46,402 nt of DNA from a bacterium. Lineage in GTDB: Bacteria > Krumholzibacteriota > Krumholzibacteriia > G020349025. The notes beneath the pieces were generated by a model. The model saw only the letters and a list, made by a program, of their open reading frames with translations, was not told the DNA's origin and did not search any database. The stretch spans positions 1 through 46,402 of the forward strand of contig JANLSU010000118.1 of assembly GCA_031362565.1 (NCBI GenBank), given 5' to 3'. The translations under genes were made by a program, and so were the position numbers. Below are positions 28,885-38,815 of the stretch, piece by piece; position 1 is the stretch's first letter; every line of letters begins with the position of its first letter.

Positions 28885-30885
28885 CTATCTAAGCCGGACG
28901 ATCCTAGATGTCCAGGTACCCGACTCGTGGCGTAGCCGGGCCCAGTACACGCCCGTCGGCAGATTGCCGCCGTCCCTCGCTCGGCCGTTCCAAAGCACAT
29001 GGTGCCAGCCCGCGCGCGTCTGGGATTGCTGGGCTGTGAAAACGGCCCGGCCCCGGACGTCGTAGACGGCAAGGGACAAGGGGCTTGGCGTCGGTTGGTA
29101 CCATTCGATACGCGTCTCTGGGCCGAACGGGTTTGGCCATACGGCGCCGACTAGCCGGCGGGGTGGAGCGTCATCAGCAACAGCCGAAGGAGTTGAGCTC
29201 GCGATTCTTACGATCACGCCCTTGGATGGAATGTCGTCGACCATGGCGAAAAGCATGTAGTAGCCGACGGGAGCGGTGTTCTGATTCGCCGGAATACTGA
29301 CCGTGAGTGTGCCATCCTGCTCTTGGTAGGGGAGCGAGAGCACCCGCGGGATTCCACCATCGGCCCAATGAGTCACTGAGTTCGTCCCGATGAGAACAAC
29401 GCTCGTAACACTGTCGGTTTGAGTCACGCCCAACTGGAGCGAGGCACCGTTCAGGAAAGTGGTCGCGGAGATCGTGTCGATTCGCGGCCGAACTCCTCGG
29501 AATAAGTAAGGCGGCTCGAACGCTTCCACATCATTGCTGATTCCTGGTGCGGCCGGTCCGCCAGTTCCCGCAGTGGTCACCACTCGTCCATCAGGGACCA
29601 ACACAGTTACCGCGTGATACTCGCGGAACCAAGCCATGTCCGCGCAGCGCCGCCAGCTGTTCGCCAGAGCGTCGTAAATATCGGTGAGGCGAGTCTCACC
29701 GAAGGCGTTGGTCGGTACGGACGGATTGTTGTCCTCGAGCTTTCCTCCGGCGACAAAGACCTGGCCGGTCGGCAGCATGACGACTTCCGCCTGCGAGCGT
29801 GTCACCAGAGCGTTGGCTCCCAGCGACCACGTTTCAGTGTTTGAGTCGTAAAGTTCGATCATGCTGGGCGCCGGGAGCGTGCCTCGAACGATGCCTACCG
29901 CGCAAGCACGACCGTCCGGGAGTAGCACGAGGGAATGATCACAGTGACCTGGCCAGAAGCGATTCGTCTGAACCATAGGACCCGTGTTCACCCATTGTCC
30001 GCTCTGGGTGTCGAAGAGTTGCGGCGGCCACCAAGATCGAAGCACCTTGCCACTCATGAGAAGGACGGCCGGAGGATAGTCGGAGGGGTTCGACATCGAA
30101 CCTGTTCTCGCCCACGAGTTGGTGACTGGGTCGTAGATCTCGCAAGTGGGCGTGCGCTGAGCATTCGGACGTTGGCCACCTCCCATGAGCAGCAGTCGTC
30201 CATCTGCCAATCGCGCCAAGCCAGGATACCAACGCTCCTCGTACATGTCAGGCAGCAAGGCCCAGCCGTTGTTGGTGAAGTTGTAGGTCTTGGCTGTCTT
30301 GACCGCGTCGCGAAAGTCGCCCGTGTTCTGGCCGCCGATGAACATGAGGCGGCCGTCGGCGAGGAGTGTCGGAATGTGGCATCCCTGCTGCGACGGTGAA
30401 CTCGGCGGAAAGGTCTTGGCGCCGGTCGTTGGATCGAAGATAACGGGCTCTTCGGTATCGTGGCAGTAAAAGATGCGACCGTCCGGCAGCAGGCTCCCGG
30501 AGTTCGAGGCGTACAAATTCTCTGGGTTGGTGTCGCCTATGATTGTCCAGCGTCCGGGGTGGACGTCTGGCCCGAGAGCGAAATCTCTCACGACATCGCT
30601 CGCAGCGACTGCGAGAACGACCTCGACATACGCGCGTGTGATGCGCGAGGCGCCCACGGTCCAGGTGCCGGCCGGCACGCCGTCGAACCGGTAGTCGCCG
30701 CCGGAACTGCTCCGGGCCTCACGCACGATCGAAGCGTCACCGTTTACTAACGTGAGACGCGCTCCGGCAAGTGGCGATCCTTGGGGAGTGCGCACGAATC
30801 CGCGCACTTGGGCTGCTGGAGCTGGCTGTGGTTGCATCAAGGCGAATGCGAGGAAGGCGGGACGAAGGACTCTGATGAGGAGCAT
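28885..30885 (-). CDS. Galactose-oxidase-like kelch protein with N-terminal carboxypeptidase-regulatory-like domain and C-terminal FlgD-like Ig domain
   Basis: GGAGG RBS before ATG 30885, signal peptide, kelch repeats, RWYP, REYH, SVTH, WPNPF..VYDVRGR..WNGR..GVYW. Confidence 0.85.
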   Translation of the reverse strand: MLLIRVLRPAFLAFALMQPQPAPAAQVRGFVRTPQGSPLAGARLTLVNGDASIVREARSSSGGDYRFDGVPAGTWTVGASRITRAYVEVVLAVAASDVVRDFALGPDVHPGRWTIIGDTNPENLYASNSGSLLPDGRIFYCHDTEEPVIFDPTTGAKTFPPSSPSQQGCHIPTLLADGRLMFIGGQNTGDFRDAVKTAKTYNFTNNGWALLPDMYEERWYPGLARLADGRLLLMGGGQRPNAQRTPTCEIYDPVTNSWARTGSMSNPSDYPPAVLLMSGKVLRSWWPPQLFDTQSGQWVNTGPMVQTNRFWPGHCDHSLVLLPDGRACAVGIVRGTLPAPSMIELYDSNTETWSLGANALVTRSQAEVVMLPTGQVFVAGGKLEDNNPSVPTNAFGETRLTDIYDALANSWRRCADMAWFREYHAVTVLVPDGRVVTTAGTGGPAAPGISNDVEAFEPPYLFRGVRPRIDTISATTFLNGASLQLGVTQTDSVTSVVLIGTNSVTHWADGGIPRVLSLPYQEQDGTLTVSIPANQNTAPVGYYMLFAMVDDIPSKGVIVRIASSTPSAVADDAPPRRLVGAVWPNPFGPETRIEWYQPTPSPLSLAVYDVRGRAVFTAQQSQTRAGWHHVLWNGRARDGGNLPTGVYWARLRHESGTWTSRIVRLR

Positions 30886-30969
30886 TGCATCCCCTCCGGG
30901 TGTGACCATGGTTGAAAAGCCCCCCCGGAGTTTAGGTATCGAGTCGCCGCGATGCAAGTGAGACCGACC

Positions 30970-31665
30970 TCAGGGGCATTGGCCGCTGAGGAACGACGCC
31001 ATGGCGGCCACCTCAGACGCGTCGATCGCGCCGTCCTCATTCCAATCAGCGCAGATCGTGTACGTCCCATCGCCTATCTGGGAACCCACCAACGGGGCAA
31101 GCGCTGCTAGGTCGCCGGCATCCACTACTCCATCGGCGTCCAGGTCCGGACTGTTGGTCCGGATTGCGAGGACGGTCATCTCGAAACCATCCACGAACAG
31201 ACGCAATGAAGTGACACAGCCGCCGGCCGAAAGAACTCCAGTGCAGGACGTGCGCCCCTGGATGTCCGTGTGTGTGTCGGCGATGGTTCCACCAGGGCAC
31301 GCAAACAATCCACTATTCGAGAGCACCATCTCTTGCCGAGGGATTCCAGCCGCCGGCGCGCCAGATCCGTTCCTCAACTGAATATCGACGCGAATCCCGT
31401 TTGATTCCAAAGTTTCGCTGCTACCGCCGGGTACGACGGTTACGATATCGCGCGTTTCGCCAGTACGATATGCGCCCGTAAAAGTTCGGCTCATAGTCGT
31501 TGTGATCCGCGACGAGTCCGGGCAGGGAACTCCGTCGCAACCGCCGTCGCAGCATCGCGTCGCAGAGCGGTGCACCTCGTCGGAGCTGGCCGCAAAGGCC
31601 GCGACGATCATGTTCAGTGAGAGCAAGCAAAGGGCGCCAAGCGATCGCAGAAGAAGCCGTCTCAT
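30970..31665 (-). CDS. Secreted Cys-rich protein with C-terminal dockerin/EF-hand-like pair
   Basis: GGAGG RBS, signal peptide, DLDADGVVDAGD and DWNEDGAIDASE loops. Confidence 0.75.
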   Translation of the reverse strand: MRRLLLRSLGALCLLSLNMIVAAFAASSDEVHRSATRCCDGGCDGVPCPDSSRITTTMSRTFTGAYRTGETRDIVTVVPGGSSETLESNGIRVDIQLRNGSGAPAAGIPRQEMVLSNSGLFACPGGTIADTHTDIQGRTSCTGVLSAGGCVTSLRLFVDGFEMTVLAIRTNSPDLDADGVVDAGDLAALAPLVGSQIGDGTYTICADWNEDGAIDASEVAAMASFLSGQCP

Positions 31666-31713
31666 GATTTCCTCCGAGGGGCGTGCGACTCTGCCAGGGG
31701 ATACTCACTCTAA

Positions 31714-33404
31714 CCCGGATTATTCATAAAGTTGAAGACGAAAAAGCCTCCGCGTGTTAGAAATCGCTTGTTCTACGAGCAATTTCAGCACGACAGGAGG
31801 CTTTCTCTTGGGTACGAATCCTACGCCAGAGTGTGTTCTGTTTCCAGAGCTTTTTCGGCGACCGGTTATGGTGCGGTTTGACGAGCCGTCGATGACGTCG
31901 GATGGCGGTCTCCCGCTCCTGAAGGCCGTAGACGAGAAGCTCGGGCTGACGCAGCAGGTCGCGCAATTCCTGCCGGACAGTCGTGATCCGTCCCGAGTCG
32001 AGCACGACATCCTGGCGATGCTCCGGCAGCGCGTTTATGGGCTGGCGGCCGGATACGCGGATTGCAACGACGCCGCTCGCCTTGGCGGCGATCCTGTCTT
32101 CAAGATGCTGCTCGGCCGTGACCCAATCCGAGGCGCTGACTTGGCGACACAGCCGACGCTGTCGCGTTTCGAAAACTCATTTAAGGTGCAAGACCTCCGT
32201 CCGCTTCACGATGTGCTCCAGAACGCAGTGATCGAGAGTCATCGACACCGGCGTCGGGGTCAGGCGCGCGTGATTACGATCGATCTCGACACGACCGTCG
32301 ACCCCACACACGGTGCTCAGCAACTCGCACTCTTCAACGGATTCCACGGGACCTGGTGTTTCCGGCCGCTCCTTGGCTTCATTAGTTTCGACAAGGAGCG
32401 TGACCAGTACCTTTGTCTGACGATGTTGCGCTCGGGTCGCGCGCCAGATAAATGCGGTGTGCTGTGGGTGCTCGAACGCCTCGTCCCAAAGCTCCGGAAA
32501 GCATTTCCCAAGGCCCGCATTCGAGTCCGGCTCGACGGGGGCTTCAGTGCACCCGAGATCCTGAACTTTCTCGATGCGACGCCGCGACTGGAGTACGTCG
32601 TTGGAATGGCTAAAAACAAGCGTCTTTTGGCTCGGGTGCGCGGCCCGATGGCCGAAGCACGGCGTTTGTCGAAGACAAGTGGCGAGAGCGAACGTGTCTA
32701 CGGTGACTGCATGTACGCGGCGCGCAAGTGGTCCGGCAAGCGGCGCCTCGTGGTCAAAGCCGAGGTCGTCCGCCTCCAGGGCCGTGAACCGAAAGACAAC
32801 CCACGCTTCGTCGTCACCAACATGACCAAGTCCCCGGCGTGGATCTATAAGCATGTCTACTGCGAGCGTGGCGACTCGGAGAACCGGATCAAGGAGCTGA
32901 AAAACGATCTTCAGATCGATCGCACGAGCTGCTCTAGCTTTCTCGCGAACCAGTTTCGCGTCTTCATGGCGGCGATCGCTTACATCCTCATGCAAGAGCT
33001 CCGACTCTCTGCGCGACGCACGGGTCTGGCGACCGCGCAAATCGGAACGCTCCGCAACAAGCTCTTCAAGATCGGCGCGCGCGTCGTCGTCTCAGCGCGA
33101 CGAACGGTCTTCCACTTTCCGGCACATTTTCCATATCGCGCCGAGTGGACACGTCTCGCCCTCGCACTCGGCGCTCTTACATAGCAAGCGACGAACTCTC
33201 CACATCCGGGCATCACTCCGGCCGACTTGAAGCGGCGTGCCCTGCCATGTCACGCTCCGCTGTACGGGGCGCTGAACGATGCGGATGCGGGGTCAACTGA
33301 GGCCACCGCCGTCAAATGGGGTCACGTCTGCATACCGACCACTGCCCATAGCGCACCATTTCGCCAGAACTGGACTCACATGCGCCCGTCATGAATAATC
33401 CGGG
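31714..33404 (+). mobile_element. Complete IS1380-family insertion sequence (1691 bp)
   Basis: Perfect 14-bp IRs CCCGGATTATTCAT (31714-31727 and 33391-33404); CTAA direct repeats at 31710-31713 and 33405-33408. Confidence 0.95.
31808..33184 (+). CDS. IS1380 family transposase
   Basis: TSDGGL, GYADCND, QPTLSRFEN, IDLDTT, RLDGGF, YCERGDSENRIKELK; TTG start after GGAGG. Confidence 0.95.
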   Translation: MGTNPTPECVLFPELFRRPVMVRFDEPSMTSDGGLPLLKAVDEKLGLTQQVAQFLPDSRDPSRVEHDILAMLRQRVYGLAAGYADCNDAARLGGDPVFKMLLGRDPIRGADLATQPTLSRFENSFKVQDLRPLHDVLQNAVIESHRHRRRGQARVITIDLDTTVDPTHGAQQLALFNGFHGTWCFRPLLGFISFDKERDQYLCLTMLRSGRAPDKCGVLWVLERLVPKLRKAFPKARIRVRLDGGFSAPEILNFLDATPRLEYVVGMAKNKRLLARVRGPMAEARRLSKTSGESERVYGDCMYAARKWSGKRRLVVKAEVVRLQGREPKDNPRFVVTNMTKSPAWIYKHVYCERGDSENRIKELKNDLQIDRTSCSSFLANQFRVFMAAIAYILMQELRLSARRTGLATAQIGTLRNKLFKIGARVVVSARRTVFHFPAHFPYRAEWTRLALALGALT

Positions 33405-33407
33405 CTA

Positions 33408-34390
<983 letters not shown>

Positions 34391-34977
34391 ACGGGAAAGC
34401 TACCCGATAGCTAAACGTATGTCAAGTAGTTTTCATTGAAACGCGGTGTCGCGGGGGCGCCTTGTGCGCGCGTTGGATCTGCTGGTGTGCTCACGCGGTC
34501 TGCTTGTGTGCTCGCGGATCGGGAGTCGAACAGCGCGGCGTCCGTGCCGGCGAGGCCAACGACCACGCGCCGCGATGCATGCGCGCGACATCGGGGCTGG
34601 CCATTCCGGAGATCGCGCCATGCGAAGAGCAAATCCGATTGCAGGCGCACTCGCCAAGATCCCGAACAAGAATCCCACGAATCTCATAGCGATCACCACC
34701 TGGTCTAGAGGCAGGCGTGAGATCGTGCCGTGACCCATCGACCCTCAAATCCGCCTCGGAACGACTTGAGTTTCGCAACAACCACACCTCGACTGCGCAG
34801 GCGATCGACGACTAGCCTCGTCGTACTGCCCGTGAGATCCAAAGGCTTCGCGATGCGTGCATGCAACCCGAGCGCCGCGGCGCTCATCGCTGTGTTGGCG
34901 GCCTTCTGCGCCGATGCCGCGACCCTCACTTTGCGGCGGCGCGGGGTAGAAGATCGGCTAGAATCCGCTGCCGTTGA

Positions 34978-35400
34978 ACGTCCGAGATCGTGCGCCGACA
35001 TCCGGAAGTGGTAGGCGGGGAAGCGTGAGCGCTCCGATTCAAGTTGGTAGTAGCCATCGGCCGATGCGTCCGCGGACTCGCCTTGGCCAGGTGGCGGGAC
35101 GATGCGGTTGCGGTAGTCGAGCATGCCGAGCGGCCGGGCGATCCGCGCATCAAAGGCGTCGTAAATCCGTGCGCCGCTGACCTGCTCGAAGGCGCGCCCG
35201 GCGACATTAAAATCCCAGTTGTTGTAGTAGTAGTACGTGCCGGGTGCGTGGCTACCACGCTCGGGCCGGGTGCGAGCCATGCCGTCGGATTCCGCCGCGG
35301 CGGCGTGATACACGCCGGAGCGCGATTGCAGGACTTGCCTGAGCGTCGCCGTCTTCTCCGCCGGTGTAAGCGACGGCGCGATGTCGTCGATGCCCAGGTC
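34978..35400 (-). pseudogene. Internal fragment of a serine hydrolase (class C beta-lactamase-like)
   Basis: ATLRQVLQSRSGVYH, PGTYYYYNNWDFN (YxN), IARPLGM, FRMSAHDLGR; no SxxK N-terminus and no C-terminal domain. Confidence 0.8.
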
Positions 35401-35444
35401 GGGCATGCGGAGAGGGGTCTAGGACCCCCAACAAGCAGGCAAGC

Positions 35445-36650
35445 TCATTCCGACTGTTCGGGGAACAGCCCCGGCATCCAGCGCGCGGCGAGGGTTGCAG
35501 GAAACACCAATCGTAGAGCGCCACGCGGACTGTCGGATGTCAGCACACCGCGATCGATGAGTGCAGAGACAATCCGGCGCGCCTGGCGGTCGCCGGTGCC
35601 GACGACCGCGTCGACCTCGCTGCGCGGCACCGTGCCTCGATACAGCATTGCATCGAGCACCCGCCCGGATTTCGCCGGCAGCAGACCGAGCCGGGTTTCT
35701 TCTTCGACCCAAAGATGCACCCGCGTCTGCAGGCGCGCAGGCTCGACAAGGCTCTCCATAAACGCGATCTGGTCGATGCAGATCTCAAGGAAAAATCTCG
35801 TGAACTCCGCAAGCGCCTCCTCGCTCAGATTGCCTCGACCATCAACATCGTTTCGGCGCGTCAGGTCGCATCGAGCGAGCAGCTGTTTGTACGTCTCCAC
35901 CTTGCGCGCAAGTCCACGCGCGACGGACCACACCGCCGAAGCATCGAGCGCGTCCGACAACATCGCATGCGATACGAGGCGCGCGACCCGCCCATTGCCG
36001 TCGGTAAACGGGTGAATCCAAAGCAGGCGATGATGCGCAGCGGCCGTGGCCAGAATCCATTCGGTCTTGCCGAGCCCCGCATAAGCCGCTTCGAAGCGCT
36101 GCACGAAGCGCGGGACGGCGCCAGGACTTATCGCAATGTGATTCCCGACTTTGACGTCGCGGCGCCGCAGCTTTCCTGGCTCGACGCGAACCCGCTCATG
36201 TGCAACCGGATCCTCGACAGAAAGCAGCTCCTCGGGCAGCATCGCGCAGAATCGGCGGTGAATCTCCGCGATCGCGTCCGCACTTACCGACGCGCGCGCG
36301 CGCAAAGCACCGCCATCGATCCATTCCTGCACCGCGATGTGCGCCTTCGCCTCTAGCTGGAGGTTGCGTTTCGCTTTGTCCTGGCTGTAGTCGTTGCGTA
36401 GGGCACGCTCGATCTCGATGGGATGCGTGTTGTGCCCTTCGATCAGGTTCGAGTAGTAGCAGTTCATCGACCGTACGAGGTTCGTCAGCGAGTCCAGCAG
36501 GGCGGGGGGAAGACTTCGCTGGAACCCTGCAGATTTCTGCCCGAGCTCCACGACGAGATCCGTCAGTGGCCCGCGATGGCGTGACGACTCGGTCAAGAGC
36601 ATCGGCTCCATCTCGGACGTTAGTTCGCCCCGGTCGTCAGCCGCCTCCAT
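35445..36650 (-). CDS. Fic family protein
   Basis: HPFTDGNGRVAR catalytic motif, upstream SNLIEG motif, GGAG RBS before ATG 36650. Confidence 0.93.
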   Translation of the reverse strand: MEAADDRGELTSEMEPMLLTESSRHRGPLTDLVVELGQKSAGFQRSLPPALLDSLTNLVRSMNCYYSNLIEGHNTHPIEIERALRNDYSQDKAKRNLQLEAKAHIAVQEWIDGGALRARASVSADAIAEIHRRFCAMLPEELLSVEDPVAHERVRVEPGKLRRRDVKVGNHIAISPGAVPRFVQRFEAAYAGLGKTEWILATAAAHHRLLWIHPFTDGNGRVARLVSHAMLSDALDASAVWSVARGLARKVETYKQLLARCDLTRRNDVDGRGNLSEEALAEFTRFFLEICIDQIAFMESLVEPARLQTRVHLWVEEETRLGLLPAKSGRVLDAMLYRGTVPRSEVDAVVGTGDRQARRIVSALIDRGVLTSDSPRGALRLVFPATLAARWMPGLFPEQSE

Positions 36651-37006
36651 GTCCACTCCCATGTCCGATTTTGTCACGCACAAGTCTATGTGTATCATGG
36701 ACATATCCGCAGTACAAGAGCACTACTTCCGCTGCAATGTCCGGTAAAATGCCTGGTCGGCCAGCGGTCACTCGTGCAATTGACGTCCCGCATGGCGGCA
36801 CGCGACCTCGATGGCCCGCGACCCAGGAGGGACGTGCCCTGTGGGAACCGCGCCTGCGCGCGCGTCGAGCTTTTGCCCGACACTCGCGCTCGTTGACATG
36901 TTCCCATGGCCAGGTTATGGTTCGTTCGAAACACGACAAGGGTCTGGAAGCGATGGGCAGCAGCCCATTGCTGCACGTCGTTTGTCCTCAACACCCGGGA
37001 GTATTT

Positions 37007-37597
37007 ATGAGATCTCTTGCTGTGGTGTTATTGCTCGCTGCCGCGGTGATGCCGTCCACCACTTCGGCCGTGTTACAGAGCGTCAGCGACCCCACCTATG
37101 GGCCCGGCTCCATCACCCGCGATACCGACACCGGGCTGGAGTGGCTGGACCTGACGAATTCCTACAATCAGACTTTCGTCTACGTCGCCTCGCAGTTCGG
37201 GCCCGGGCAAGCCTATGACGGCTTCCGGCACGCAACGTCCGATGAGGTGAAGCTCTACTGGGAACACGGCGGGATTTCGGTTGGCACCGGCTGGAGCGCG
37301 GCGAACTACACGCCTTGCCGCGACTTGCAGCTCATGGTCGGCCATTCCGAGCCATCGCCCGACTTCTGGCAAACCGTCGGCTTTACAGTCGAGAGCCCAG
37401 CACCCGGGTACCGTAACCTGGCATACATCAACACGAACACGGGTCCGAACCCGGACGAAGGGGCCGCGGAATCATCCGGGGCCTACGATTCGGATTCGAG
37501 CAGCGCACCGGACCTCGGCCATTGGCTCGTCCGACCCATGCCACCGATCGGCGTCGAAGCGACGACGTGGACAGCCATTCGTCGCTTGTATCGCTAG
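37007..37597 (+). CDS. Secreted protein with C-terminal TW..YR tail
   Basis: GGGAG RBS, signal peptide MRSLAVVLLLAAAV, ITRDTDTGLEWLDLT domain, ends VEATTWTAIRRLYR. Confidence 0.8.
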   Translation: MRSLAVVLLLAAAVMPSTTSAVLQSVSDPTYGPGSITRDTDTGLEWLDLTNSYNQTFVYVASQFGPGQAYDGFRHATSDEVKLYWEHGGISVGTGWSAANYTPCRDLQLMVGHSEPSPDFWQTVGFTVESPAPGYRNLAYINTNTGPNPDEGAAESSGAYDSDSSSAPDLGHWLVRPMPPIGVEATTWTAIRRLYR

Positions 37598-37758
37598 CCT
37601 CGATCTTCGCGACTTTGGTCACGGCGTGGGCGAAGGGACCGGCACTACGATGGTCCTGCGCAGGAGCACCGTGAACTCGTCCGCGAGCCGGAACACAGGT
37701 GGGGGTGGCGCGCGGTCGAGGCAGGACCGCGAGCCACTTCCGCATTGAAGCGCTGATA

Positions 37759-38568
37759 TTACCGGTAGGCGGCCTTCACGTTGCTCCACGTGCGCGGCTC
37801 GACGCCGATCGTGAAGGCGGGTTTTACCTGCACGATGCCACGCAAGAGGTGACCATCGTACATCGAGGTGAAACGGCAAAGCGTCGCGGGCCCCGAAGCG
37901 ACATCGGGAAGATCGATCTCCATGGGCGGTGCCCCCGGAGCCAACACCACGCCGCCCGGAGCCGGAACCGCGGGCGACCACGGCAGCCCGTTGAGATCGG
38001 GTGAACTCCAATCGAGTTGCGAAGCCGGCAATGGATTCGTGGAGACGAGCTCGAGCGAGAGGATTTCGATCGGCAGCGGGCCGTCACTGGACACGCGCAA
38101 CCTTAGGTCGTGCAACACGTCGGTGGACACTTCGAACCGGGGCCCTTGGCCGGCAAGACACGTCGGCGGCTCGTCCGGCCCCCATGGCTGGGTATAGAAA
38201 AAGAAGTTCGATGTGCTGATGACGAACTGGTTGGACGTCGCGACCTTGGCCTTGTACTTGAGCGTCACAGCGTCGCCCAGATTCACGGCAGCCAGATTCG
38301 CGACGATGCGAAATGAATTGGTCGATGGGATGACCGTTGGGGTAGGGATGACGTTCGAGGAACCCCCGAGGTATTGAACGTCCGTGACGGTGCCGTTCAC
38401 GCTCACGAGGGCTTGCATCGCGACCGCGTCGTCGGTGCACGACGTGGTTTCGAGAACCTCCTCGACCTCCATCATTGGAGCTCCACACCCGCTGAGCCCG
38501 GCGGCCAGCGCCAGCACGCACAGGGCAGGCAGGCGTCCGTACTTGAAACTACCCAGTCGCAATCGCAT
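37759..38568 (-). CDS. Putative lipoprotein or secreted protein with C-terminal TW..YR tail
   Basis: GGAGG RBS, lipobox-like LAAGLSGC, beta-rich body, ends VEPRTWSNVKAAYR. Confidence 0.75.
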   Translation of the reverse strand: MRLRLGSFKYGRLPALCVLALAAGLSGCGAPMMEVEEVLETTSCTDDAVAMQALVSVNGTVTDVQYLGGSSNVIPTPTVIPSTNSFRIVANLAAVNLGDAVTLKYKAKVATSNQFVISTSNFFFYTQPWGPDEPPTCLAGQGPRFEVSTDVLHDLRLRVSSDGPLPIEILSLELVSTNPLPASQLDWSSPDLNGLPWSPAVPAPGGVVLAPGAPPMEIDLPDVASGPATLCRFTSMYDGHLLRGIVQVKPAFTIGVEPRTWSNVKAAYR

Positions 38569-38815
38569 CGTCGAGCCTCCAGGAAGATGTCGCAGGACCG
38601 CTTACTCGGAGCCTGCCGCCCGGCACCCGCAGGAGCCGGCGCGGGGGATGGTCGTATGGGGGATACGGGCGATGCGGCTCGGATCTAACACTTGCGGGGC
38701 AGCCGGCCCGTGAATCTGGGGATCAAGGGATTCGGGCGTCCAGCCCTTGCCGCGAACTCATCGCGCGAGTAATCTGTCGTATCCTCGCCAGGATTTCGCA
38801 CCCCATGGGGGCCCA

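Noticed and set aside
1..33404. Composite transposon carrying the metal island
   Set aside because: The two flanking IS encode dissimilar transposases, and the IS1380 has its own target duplication, indicating independent insertion
36200..37006. Long N-terminal extension of the 465-aa ORF
   Set aside because: Antisense to fic and low-complexity; RBS and signal peptide point to ATG 37007
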